From a virus (Duplodnaviria > Caudoviricetes), in IMG/VR virus record IMGVR_UViG_3300037506_000199, positions 1 to 50,488 of that record: a stretch of 50,488 nt of DNA; one strand, written 5' to 3'. The notes under the pieces were generated by a model. The model saw only the letters and a list, made by a program, of their open reading frames with translations. It did not search any database and was not told where the DNA came from. How positions within the stretch are numbered: position 1 is the first letter of the stretch; each line of letters starts with the position of its first letter. The position numbers were made by a program, and so were the translations under genes. Below, piece after piece: positions 8,109 to 17,800 of this stretch.

Positions 8109-8143
8109 GTCGCAATTACGCAGCCATTGCACAGGCAAAGAGG
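8109..8143 (-). repeat. Solitary CRISPR-repeat-like unit (copy C)
   Basis: Minus strand CCTCTTTGCCTGTGCAATGGCTGCGTAATTGCGAC, 23/35; ends 15 nt before ATG 8093. Confidence 0.7.
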
Positions 8144-8236
8144 CGCTGGAGGGTTGAAGAGTTCCCTCCAGCGCCCAACCCGATGCCCACTGGAGAAGGC
8201 ACGGTACAAAACGGGTTCATCACTCCCGTGGGAGAT

Positions 8237-8264
8237 AGTATACCATGCATGGAGTACAGGGCAA
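8237..8264 (-). promoter_or_regulatory. Putative promoter (extended -10) upstream of copy C
   Basis: TTGCCC-16-TATACT with TGG immediately before the -10. Confidence 0.45.
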
Positions 8265-8349
8265 CGGTCGTCTTGACGCGGCGGGTGAAATATGCGCAGG
8301 ATATGTTAGCCGGGGCAATGGTCACTGGCCATTGTTCTGGAGAGATTGC

Positions 8350-8718
8350 ATGGGCAGTAACCCACGTTATGACATAGGGATTAGCGACCCATCTCGATTT
8401 AGCACGACGAACAACGACGTGCTAGGAGACATCGAGGAATTTGGTGGCACGTATTTGCTTCAATCGGCTGGAGCGGAGACACGGATTTTGCCGCGACCGA
8501 CCGAGAACAATCAATTCATGGTAATCGCCATGCACACATACGGCGGCAACGTGACCATCGCAGCACCGACGGGTACGGTACTGAACCAAACAGGGAATAA
8601 CAGGCTGCTGTTTGCGCAGGAAGGTGACTGTATTGGCTTGATTGCCGTACAGAACAAGACGCATGGTCTGCATTGGCGGATTATGTTTAACGATGGAGTT
8701 GAGCTGAGTACGGTGTAA
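8350..8718 (+). CDS. Hypothetical protein, probably virion-associated
   Basis: First ORF of the long plus-strand structural run; beta-rich. Confidence 0.6.
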   Translation: MGSNPRYDIGISDPSRFSTTNNDVLGDIEEFGGTYLLQSAGAETRILPRPTENNQFMVIAMHTYGGNVTIAAPTGTVLNQTGNNRLLFAQEGDCIGLIAVQNKTHGLHWRIMFNDGVELSTV

Positions 8719-8720
8719 TC

Positions 8721-11438
8721 ATGCCGCGCAAATCATGGCTGGACTTGATCTGGCCGGTAGCGGGCATTGATCGTTCGGCCAACTATCAGAATCAGCCTCC
8801 ATACACGACGCCCGATGCGCTAAATGTGCGCGCGGAAGACCCGTCAGAGTATCGCAATCGTGGTGGCAGCCGTCCGGGCCTGGGCTTGGCGTTGCGCACC
8901 AAACTGGCCGGGGAAATTCGATTGTTAACGAAGGTGGCGGTGCTCAAGGCCCAATGGCCTACGAAGTACGTGTCCATTTTCGGGAACAACTTGGAGGGTG
9001 GTTTGACTCGCGTGAGTTACAAAGACCCGCCCACGCTCGTAACTCCCTTTGGTTCCTCTCAGGGGGCGAATTCTTATTTGAGCGGTGCCGATTGGGCTTT
9101 GGCATGGCCGGGCGCGTCGTTGGCAAACAGAGATACCAGCCAAGATTATGAAGCCACGTTTTTTCTGCGGCCGCCGGCTGGCAAGGCAATGGTGGGTACC
9201 GCCAGTATTTACCTATTGTTACCAGACGAATTGGACGATCCTCTTGAGGAGAGTGTGGAGCTGACCTTGACATTCACCGCCACGGATTATAAGGCCAGCA
9301 TCATTCGGCACCAGGGTGGAGTGGTAACCAGCACGTTGCATTCGGCCTTGCAAACGGATGACATAGGCATGGGTGGTGCTTTCACGGCCAAGTTCGATGC
9401 CGGCAGTGGTGGCGTGGATGTGTACTGGCGGCGCAAGCAGGTGTTGAGTCAATTGGTGTCAGGTCCTTATCTGGGCCATGACATGGCAGTCGCCGTGGTG
9501 AGCGCGGATCAGAGCATCGAGGCTACCAAGATGACCACGGATTTTGGTTGGTTCTCCGACCAGCCAAAAGATTACAAATCCCTGCGCAGAGATTTATTGG
9601 TAGCTGTCAGTGAGGGGAATTTGTATCGCGAGGATAGTTCCAACACATTGGTGTTGGTGGGCAGCGACGTGTTCAATCCGGAGGCCGAGCTAACCGCCGT
9701 GGATCGGGAACAGAAGCTGTACATTGCAGATTATGGAGCGGCCATATCTGGTCAAGGCGCGAGCATTGCCTATCCCGCCTTGAATCAGCTTAGCGCGCCG
9801 GGGCAAAACTTCACAGGAGCTGGAATAGACAATCAGTACACGTTGGAGCTGGTGGACTCCAACTACGTGCAAAACGAAAAACAGCAATTGCAAATTCTCA
9901 ATGCCGATGGCGGCACTTATCGTCTTGGCTTTCAGGGAGGACTAACCAGCCCCATTCCTTGGAATACGCAAGGCAATGGGATTCAATCGTACTTAGAGCA
10001 AGTGGCGACGATTGGTGTGGGCCAGGTAGCGGTGACTGGTTTAAGCTCACCATACATCATTGAATTCAAGGGTACCTTGGCTGGCGAAAACTTGGAGTTA
10101 TTAAGTACTGAAAACTCTTTGACCAATTCGAACCCTTCGGCGCCAGCACCCACGGTCAGTGTCTCCGCCGTGCAGTCTGGCGCCAAAGGGGACTTCCTCG
10201 TGGGCAGTTACACGATTTCGGCAGTAGGCGCGACGACAATTGATTTCGCCCCGGCTTTGACGCTTTCACCGGACTGGACCCAAGCTGTATCCAACGTGAG
10301 TTTTCGCATCGTGGTACGGCCTAAAATTTACGATCCCCACGATGATTCCATTGAACCGCATGTCGCGTCCAAGGGCTCAACTCCGGCAGGTTGCCGTCTG
10401 GTTGCACTGTACCGGGATCGGATTGTATATGCCGGCAGCGACGCGCAGCCACATGTCTGGTTCATGTCGCGCCAGGGAGACCCATTTGATTGGGATTACA
10501 CGCAAGAGGATTCCGGTGCTGCAATCTTCGCTCAGGCAAGTATCGGCGGCATGTTGGCCGAGCCCATTACCGCGCTGGTGCCACATGGCGATGAATGCTT
10601 GATCGTAGGCTGCTACAACTCGCTATGGATGATTCGTGGCGATCCCGGCTTTGGCGGCACGCAAGATCAGATCAGCCGCAAGATCGGCATCGTGGGGCCC
10701 CATGCTTGGTGCAAAACGCCCGATGACATGTTGGTCTTTCTTTCGGCTGATGGGTTATATGCCATGGCGGCGGGTTGCCATGGTTTTCCCAGCAGTTTGT
10801 CGCGCGAGCGTTTGCCAGCGGACTTGGTGGCTCAGACCCAGGAACGTGCCGTGCTGAGCATGGAATACGACACGTTGCATCGGGGCATTCATATATTCGC
10901 AACACCTTATGACGACAGTCAAGGTAGTCATTGGTGGTTTGATTGGGAAGCCAAGAGTTTTTGGCGTGTGCAGTTGGACAAGGACCATGAGCCGTTCGCC
11001 ATCCATGAGCAGGTGGCTTGGGACGATATGCCGCGCGTGCTGATCGGCGGACGAGATGGTTATGTTCGTTATTTCAGCAGAGATTTCGAACAAGACGACC
11101 AAGACAAATCTTTCGAGAGCTATTGCTTTTTGGGGCCATTTCACATTGATCGTGAAGGGTACATGGAAGGCATTGTGACCAAGCTGGTGGGAACGCTCGG
11201 CGAACATAGCGGGCCAGTGAATTGGGATTTATACGTAGCGGATAGCGCCCAGCGTACGCTCTCAGTAAGTCCACGAGAAACTGGCACATGGTCGCGAACG
11301 GGTTTAAACTACACGCATCGCCCACGAGCGCGCGGTGTGGCTGGACTGCTCAAGGTAAGTGGTGCTTCAGCAAAACGCTGGTTCCTGGAGCGTATCACGG
11401 CTGTGGTGCGGTCGGCTGGCGAACGGAGAGTGGATTGA
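8721..11438 (+). CDS. Tail nozzle / DNA stabilisation protein (T7 gp12 / P22 gp10-like)
   Basis: 905 aa; YRDRIVYAG...WFMSRQGDPFDW and propeller-like repeats typical of podovirus tail tubular B; accessory insert NEKQQL...GGTYRLGFQG. Confidence 0.65.
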   Translation: MPRKSWLDLIWPVAGIDRSANYQNQPPYTTPDALNVRAEDPSEYRNRGGSRPGLGLALRTKLAGEIRLLTKVAVLKAQWPTKYVSIFGNNLEGGLTRVSYKDPPTLVTPFGSSQGANSYLSGADWALAWPGASLANRDTSQDYEATFFLRPPAGKAMVGTASIYLLLPDELDDPLEESVELTLTFTATDYKASIIRHQGGVVTSTLHSALQTDDIGMGGAFTAKFDAGSGGVDVYWRRKQVLSQLVSGPYLGHDMAVAVVSADQSIEATKMTTDFGWFSDQPKDYKSLRRDLLVAVSEGNLYREDSSNTLVLVGSDVFNPEAELTAVDREQKLYIADYGAAISGQGASIAYPALNQLSAPGQNFTGAGIDNQYTLELVDSNYVQNEKQQLQILNADGGTYRLGFQGGLTSPIPWNTQGNGIQSYLEQVATIGVGQVAVTGLSSPYIIEFKGTLAGENLELLSTENSLTNSNPSAPAPTVSVSAVQSGAKGDFLVGSYTISAVGATTIDFAPALTLSPDWTQAVSNVSFRIVVRPKIYDPHDDSIEPHVASKGSTPAGCRLVALYRDRIVYAGSDAQPHVWFMSRQGDPFDWDYTQEDSGAAIFAQASIGGMLAEPITALVPHGDECLIVGCYNSLWMIRGDPGFGGTQDQISRKIGIVGPHAWCKTPDDMLVFLSADGLYAMAAGCHGFPSSLSRERLPADLVAQTQERAVLSMEYDTLHRGIHIFATPYDDSQGSHWWFDWEAKSFWRVQLDKDHEPFAIHEQVAWDDMPRVLIGGRDGYVRYFSRDFEQDDQDKSFESYCFLGPFHIDREGYMEGIVTKLVGTLGEHSGPVNWDLYVADSAQRTLSVSPRETGTWSRTGLNYTHRPRARGVAGLLKVSGASAKRWFLERITAVVRSAGERRVD

Positions 11439-11860
11439 TGCCGATCGACATCGAGGCGGGCATGCGCAATGCCATGATAGACGCTGGCTTGGCGGTGCTG
11501 AATGTTGGCGGCGCCGGCACGCTCAAAACTTTTGCCGGCGCCAAGCCAGCCAATTGCGCGGCGGCCGATCCAGCTACGGTGTTATCGGTACATGTGTTGG
11601 CCAATCCCGCTTTTAGAGCAGCGGGCACGTTCGGGGAACCAGCAGGACAAGCATTGTCTTACCCAGTGGGCGCTGCTGCTGCCGCTGAGAACACGGGTAC
11701 GCCGGGATGTTGGCGCTTGTATGACCACGCAGGCACGTGTCGCATGCAAGGCACTGCGGGTATTGCCAGTGGTGATCTTAGTTTCACCACCGGCATTGTG
11801 CAAGGCTTGCCGGTGATCGTGGACAGCTTGCGCTACATTCATCCGGAAACAGGACCATGA
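11438..11860 (+). CDS. Virion structural protein (paralog of 12248-12661)
   Basis: MPIDI...RNAMID...GAKPANC...PAF...GTPGCWRLYD; coupled start (TGATG). Confidence 0.7.
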   Translation: MPIDIEAGMRNAMIDAGLAVLNVGGAGTLKTFAGAKPANCAAADPATVLSVHVLANPAFRAAGTFGEPAGQALSYPVGAAAAAENTGTPGCWRLYDHAGTCRMQGTAGIASGDLSFTTGIVQGLPVIVDSLRYIHPETGP

Positions 11861-12228
11861 TGGCTAGAAGATCGGACGAGAACAACAACAAGCAGCCGCA
11901 TATGTCTAGCAACAATGAGCGTACATTTATTCTGCGCACGTATGCCAAGGAAGGACCTTGGGCTTTGTTGGCTGTGGGCGTCATTGCGCTATCGGGCTGG
12001 GTAGCGTGGTTTTTCCTGAATGAATACGTACGGAACAATGCGGACGCGATCCATCAGCTCGTGACCACGCAACACGACTTGTCAAAATATGCTCACATAC
12101 CAGCGCAGAATGCGGAACTACTCCGCAAAAACACGGAATTGTTGGAGCAATTGCTGGCAGAACGCCATAAACAAACTATGTTGTTGGAGCAAATTCTGAA
12201 CGAATTGAAGACCAACAACAAATACTAA
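11857..12228 (+). CDS. Single-TM plus coiled-coil membrane protein (holin-like candidate)
   Basis: GPWALLAVGVIALSGWVAWFFL followed by coiled coil. Confidence 0.55.
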   Translation: MMARRSDENNNKQPHMSSNNERTFILRTYAKEGPWALLAVGVIALSGWVAWFFLNEYVRNNADAIHQLVTTQHDLSKYAHIPAQNAELLRKNTELLEQLLAERHKQTMLLEQILNELKTNNKY

Positions 12229-12247
12229 CACGTAGAGGAGTTGAGAC

Positions 12248-12661
12248 ATGCCGATTGACATCAAAAGTTCCTACCGAGACGACATCACCAATTTGGTTGT
12301 TGATCATATTGATGATGGCGCCAGTGCCGGGTATATCCAGGTGCGCACGGGTGCGCGGCCGGCCAATTGTGAGGCGGCCAATAGCGGTACGCTGCTGGGC
12401 ACGCTCACGTTTAGTGATCCGGCGTTTGGGAATAGTTCCAGCGGCCAAGCCACGGCTAACGCCATCACCAGCGATACCAATGCCGACGCGACGGGCACAG
12501 CCGGTCATTTTCGCGTGTTTGACAGCAACAACGTTTGTATATTTCAAGGCGATTGCGGGCAAGGCACCGGCACAATGAATTTTGACAACACATCCATCGT
12601 GGCGGGCGGTACGATCGCGATTTCTAGTTTCACCTTCACGACTCCATTGACGGGGGCATGA
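12248..12661 (+). CDS. Virion structural protein (paralog of 11438-11860)
   Basis: GAGGAG RBS; MPIDI...GARPANC...DPAF...GTAGHFRVFD. Confidence 0.75.
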   Translation: MPIDIKSSYRDDITNLVVDHIDDGASAGYIQVRTGARPANCEAANSGTLLGTLTFSDPAFGNSSSGQATANAITSDTNADATGTAGHFRVFDSNNVCIFQGDCGQGTGTMNFDNTSIVAGGTIAISSFTFTTPLTGA

Positions 12662-12831
12662 TGGACTTAACAATACCGGAGTGCGATGTGCACATCAAAG
12701 CCACGTCGTCATTTACACGAGCACATGTCTTAGCGGCATTGGAGGCGGAAACGCGCAAGCCGCCAAGTCCCGAACGTACGCTAAACATAGAAATGCTCAA
12801 GCGAGAATTAGAAAGGTTAACAACATCATGA
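12658..12831 (+). CDS. Hypothetical protein (57 aa)
   Basis: MMDLTIPEC...; overlaps both neighbours by ATGA coupling; not in ORF track. Confidence 0.5.
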   Translation: MMDLTIPECDVHIKATSSFTRAHVLAALEAETRKPPSPERTLNIEMLKRELERLTTS

Positions 12832-13019
12832 AAGCTCCATGGCAATCAAAGACAATATGGGTGAATCTCCTCACATTGGCAATTGCAACCTTGGCGTTCA
12901 CTGCGGAACAGCCCTGGATGACTAAGGACATGCTGGCAGTTGTCGTTTACGCGCAAGGCATGGCCAATATCGTCTTGCGATTTCTGACGGATCAGCCATT
13001 GTCAATCCAGAGACGTTAA
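12828..13019 (+). CDS. Small 2-TM holin-like protein
   Basis: MKAPWQSKTIWVNLL...NIVLRFLTDQP pattern common in small phage holins. Confidence 0.6.
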   Translation: MKAPWQSKTIWVNLLTLAIATLAFTAEQPWMTKDMLAVVVYAQGMANIVLRFLTDQPLSIQRR

Positions 13020-13025
13020 ACCAGT

Positions 13026-14168
13026 ATGTCCGTAATCACTCGCTATTTTGATGCTTCCGGAGCTGGCACTGCTGATGGCACGAGCTGGGCCAATCGGGCC
13101 GCGCTCTATACTGGTGGTGCGTGGTCTTCCGTGATCAGGAGCTTCGCGTTTAATGGCAGTGATTCGCTATTGTGTTTGGTGAATGGCACGATCACGATTG
13201 GAGATACGTTGACAACAGCGGATTTCACGAACGCGCCGACCTATTCGAATCCGCTCTTGTTCCATGGTTGTGATGCTTCGGGCAACCCGCTCACCGTGCC
13301 GGACCCCGATTGGGTCTCGGCCATGCCGGCCTGGGATGATACGACTTTGCCAGTGCTGCAGACCACTACCAACATCAGCACCCTCTCCTTCACGACGGGC
13401 TATAACGTACACGGCCGTCTTCTCAAGTTCACCTCGTCAGCGGCAGCACAAGTCCTGGTGGGCAGCAATGGGGTGTGGGATTGGTGCTCTTTTGCAAATT
13501 CAACAAGCAACACCAGCGCCGCACTGATCAATGGGGGACGGTTGGTGAATTGTATCGGGTCGGTTACCGGGACCAGTTATTCGCACTGCTTCGGCGGTAC
13601 GAATCAGTATTGGTCGCTGCACAATTGTCGCGTGACCGGCGTTACGGGTAGTAGCGGCAATCGTTATGGGTTTTCTGCCACGTCGGCGTCTGGCGGCGCA
13701 ATTACGCAGTCCACGGTCGCGGGATGCGGCGGTGTGGGCATTCATAGTGGCAGCGGCAACGCCATGGGCTTTGTCATTCGCAATTGCACGATTCGCAATG
13801 CGGGTGGCAATGGCATTCAACTGACGACGGGCGGCGCACCCACGAATTCGTACATCCTGGAAGGAAATATGATCACGGGCGCGGGCGGGTACGGCATTGA
13901 CGCGGACACGCAGCCGCGCGGTATGTTTGGTCGCAATCGGTTGCGTGACAACACCAGTGGTAATTTTGGCAACGTCACCAATATGCCCACGGACTGGGAT
14001 AATTACACGACCGACAGTGATGACGCCACGGAATATGTGGACACGGCAAGTGGCGATTTGCGCATCGCTCGTCGGGCTTTGATCTGGCCGTATGGATTTG
14101 GAGCGGGACGGCAGGACCCGGGTGGGTTGCTAACGCATCCCGGCATGGCCGGTGGCATGAGAGCATAA
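13026..14168 (+). CDS. Right-handed beta-helix virion protein (spike/depolymerase-like)
   Basis: Repeated Ix(N/R)CxIxxxGxxGI motifs. Confidence 0.7.
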   Translation: MSVITRYFDASGAGTADGTSWANRAALYTGGAWSSVIRSFAFNGSDSLLCLVNGTITIGDTLTTADFTNAPTYSNPLLFHGCDASGNPLTVPDPDWVSAMPAWDDTTLPVLQTTTNISTLSFTTGYNVHGRLLKFTSSAAAQVLVGSNGVWDWCSFANSTSNTSAALINGGRLVNCIGSVTGTSYSHCFGGTNQYWSLHNCRVTGVTGSSGNRYGFSATSASGGAITQSTVAGCGGVGIHSGSGNAMGFVIRNCTIRNAGGNGIQLTTGGAPTNSYILEGNMITGAGGYGIDADTQPRGMFGRNRLRDNTSGNFGNVTNMPTDWDNYTTDSDDATEYVDTASGDLRIARRALIWPYGFGAGRQDPGGLLTHPGMAGGMRA

Positions 14169-14173
14169 GTAAG

Positions 14174-14818
14174 ATGGCAAAACGCGAAATTATTGCTGGT
14201 GCCATAGATCAGACAATTGACGTGTTTATCCTGGATAGTAGTTCCACGATTGGCGCGGGCCTGTCTGGCTTGGTGTACAACGCATCCGGGTTGACATGTT
14301 ATTACCGCAAGGGCGCCACAGGCACGGCCACGCAACTGACGTTGGCCACGCAAACCGTGGGCGGCGCACACACAGATGGTGGCTTCGTGCAAATCGACGC
14401 CACCAACATGAAAGGCGTGTATCGGTTGGACCTTTCGGATACGATTGTTGCGACCGCAGGCATGGTCACCATCTATTTGCAAGGTGCCGCCAACATGGCA
14501 CCGTGCGTGTTGGAAGTAGATGTCGTGGCGGATCGGGATAATCGAGACGCACGCTTTCATCGCGCCAAGAACGCAATCGTGCTGGGCACCGTCACCAGCG
14601 GCGCCACCACGACATCGATTCCCACGAGTTCATTAGATCCAGCAGCATCCGCTACGGATCAATTCAAGGGGCGCATTCTGCTGTTTGACCGTAATACCAC
14701 GACGGCGAATTTGCGAGGGCAGGCCACTGATATCACGGCTTCGACGAGTGGCGGCGTGCTAACGGTCACGGCGCTGAGCCATGCGCCGGTTAGTGGCGAC
14801 ACCTTCACAATCGAATAG
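14174..14818 (+). CDS. Hypothetical virion protein
   Basis: Thr/Ala/Gly-rich beta protein among fibre genes. Confidence 0.65.
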   Translation: MAKREIIAGAIDQTIDVFILDSSSTIGAGLSGLVYNASGLTCYYRKGATGTATQLTLATQTVGGAHTDGGFVQIDATNMKGVYRLDLSDTIVATAGMVTIYLQGAANMAPCVLEVDVVADRDNRDARFHRAKNAIVLGTVTSGATTTSIPTSSLDPAASATDQFKGRILLFDRNTTTANLRGQATDITASTSGGVLTVTALSHAPVSGDTFTIE

Positions 14819-17800
14819 TGATGAGCATTACCCGTCCACATCATGCCCTTCCAGGCCAGCCGTACGGGTCTTTTGCTGGGCGTGGTAATGCTTATAACGC
14901 AACAGTGGCGGCAAATGGTCCGGGGGCCCAAGCCGCAATTGCTGCGACCAGTACGCCACCGGTGTTTACGGCGACGGTTGCCGCACAAACTCCGGGCGTA
15001 ACAGCAGCAGCAGCGGCGACGTACAGCCCGCCCGTGTTCACAGCAGTCGTGGGCGCTCAAGCACCGGGCGCGACAGCAGCGGCGACGGCAACATTCAGCC
15101 CGCCTGTGTTCTCGGCAGTCGTGGGCGCTCAAGCACCGGGCGCGACAGCAGCGGCGACGGCAACATTCAGCCCACCGGTATTCACGGCAACTGTTGGCGC
15201 TCAAGCACCGGGTGAAACAGCAGCAGCAGCGGCAACGTTCAGTCCGCCTGTGTTCACAGCAGTCGTGGGCGCTCAAGCACCGGGTGAAACAGCAGCGGCA
15301 ACGGCAACGTTCAGCCCACCGGTATTCACGGCAACTGTTGCCGCTCAAGCACCTGGCGTGACAGCCTCAGCAACGGCGACATTCACTCCAGCTGCTTTCA
15401 CGGCAACTGTTGCCGCGCAAGCACCAGGTGAAACAGCAGCAGCGACGGCAACATTCAGCCCGCCTGTGTTCACAGCAGTCGTGGGCGCTCAAGCACCGGG
15501 CGTGACAGCAGCGGCGACGGCAACATTCAGCCCACCGGTATTCACAGCAGTCGTAGCTGCTCAAGCGCCGGGTGAAACAGCAGCGGCAGCGGCAACATTC
15601 AGCCCACCGGTATTCACGGCAACTGTTGCCGCTCAAGCACCGGGTGTGACAGCAGCAGCAGCGGCAACGTTCAGTCCGCCTGTGTTCACAGCTGTCGTGG
15701 GCGCTCAAGCACCAGGCGTGACAGTTTCGGCGACCGCGACGTTCAGCCCACCCGTGTTTACGGCGGCTGTTGCCGCTCAAGCACCAGGTGAAACAGCAGC
15801 AGCTACGGCGACGTTCAGTATGCTATCTGTCGCCAATGTGGTGGCCGTTGCTCCAGGAGTTCAAGCGGCCATTATGGCAACGGTGGATAATCCACCAGTG
15901 CCAACAGGCACGGGCATGTTCCAGACAACGGCATTTTATCAGCGCGGAAACGCCGCTTTGAGTTTGGGACCATTTGCGTCCCCACCTGCTCCGGCGGTCG
16001 TGGCGCCACTTACAGGGGAAGCCATGACACGTGATCCGAATTTGTCTCGGTGGCGGGATATAGTGCTTGATCCGTGCAATCGCACGGCTCAGAACCGTAA
16101 TACCGCCGCGATTCGTGACGCGCTGGAAGCGATTGTGGATAACTTGCCGGAGGAACAACAACCAACGGAAACGGGCGGTGATGCGCTGATTTTCTTCCAG
16201 GTTAATGAAGATGCCGTTGGGGAAGCATTCACAGCCGTGACTGAAATGATCTATAACGGCACGACGGGTGAATGGGAACCAACTGGAGCCGCCTATACCG
16301 CTTATGATTGGACGCCATCGCAAGCTTGGAGAACTAACTTCCGTGGGGGATTTTTTGGTGTTGGTCGCATCAATACCAATGTGGCGGCGGATGCGCTCGA
16401 GGTGTTGGCCTTGGAAGGCTTGGCGCGTTTTATTGAGGTCACGCTTAATGAAAATATGGGCGCCACAACCAACAAGCAAGCGGAAGCTACCGTGCAAGTG
16501 TATTGGGGAGATGCCACGAATGGGCGCGATCCAGGCACCACGGTGATCATTCATGACGTTACGAACATGGCGCCGCAGCGGCTCCAGGACGAAAACGCTT
16601 TGGCGATATGGGATGATAAGCGAGGGGCGTATGTCATGATTGCGCCCTGGGATGGATTACAAGCGCCAGGACAGGCCGCAATCGTGAAGGTGCTCGGCGG
16701 CGATGCGAGCAAAGGTTGCAATGACAACGTTAAACCAGATCAGTTCTGCGTGCATACTGGAAAGGTGCAAAACATTTCACTGGCAGGAGAGTTCTGTACG
16801 GAAAAGTTTACCGACGGGGCGCCTGTGTGGATTCTGGATGCCAGAAGTTGTCACACGAATAACCGTTTGAATATGCACGAAAGATACGTGGCGGTGTCCA
16901 TGGGGCTGACATGGGACCCAGATCCCAATGGGCCGGATACCGACGAGCGATATTTGTACGTGGTTGTGGATTATGCACCGGCCTTGCGATGGTTCAAGAT
17001 TTTGAATGACGCGAGTACGTTGGCGTTTACCATTCCTGAAACCAACGAGCTGAAATGTCGTTCGCACGATTGCGGAGGACCACAACCGGACGACGCGCCA
17101 AGCACATGGGCCAAATGGGTCGATATCGATCCTTGCACGCGGCAAGAAACTACGCTGGACAACACACCTACCTTGATTTATTTCCCGATGCATCGCGCGC
17201 GATGCAAGGCGGTTGAAGAGCAAACCGAGGCGGAAAAATGCAAGAACGAAGACGCCAATCCCAAATGCCGACACGATAAATTTGTGTTGGCATTTTGGAA
17301 CCCCATCGCGGAACGCTGGGATGCTATGGCTGATGTGGGCGATTGCGCCCAGGACGAGGAAGTAGCGCTGATTATTGTTTGTGACGGGGAAGCCGATCCC
17401 GATTGTTGCGTGTTTGATGCCTTGAAAATATCGGTATATCCACGAGGTGATTCTTATTGTGATCCCGTCAAGGAACGCACTCCAGTCTGGGTCCGGTGCA
17501 CGAATGGACAATTGGCGTTAACAGATGGGTATTGCGAGCTGGGCGTGAAAATTTGCAATGCCTTTACTTGCAAAAATGAACGGCGACCCATGTACATGTT
17601 CCAATGTGGACAATGTGATGTATGTCGCTGTCCTGATTATGGGAGTCCAATTCGCTTCACGTTGCGCGTCGCCAACCCGGCTGGGCCGTGCGGATATTTG
17701 GATGGTATCTCGGGAGAGGCTCTGTGCTTGGACTCTAACCCGTTTATCAACAATCCACCCCCAGGTGCGGGATGGTACGCGGTATTTGATGTCGAGGGCG

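Noticed and set aside
14890-15900. Periodic repeats as a second CRISPR array or DGR template
   Set aside because: Contiguous in-frame 72-bp coding repeats without unique spacers; no reverse transcriptase seen.
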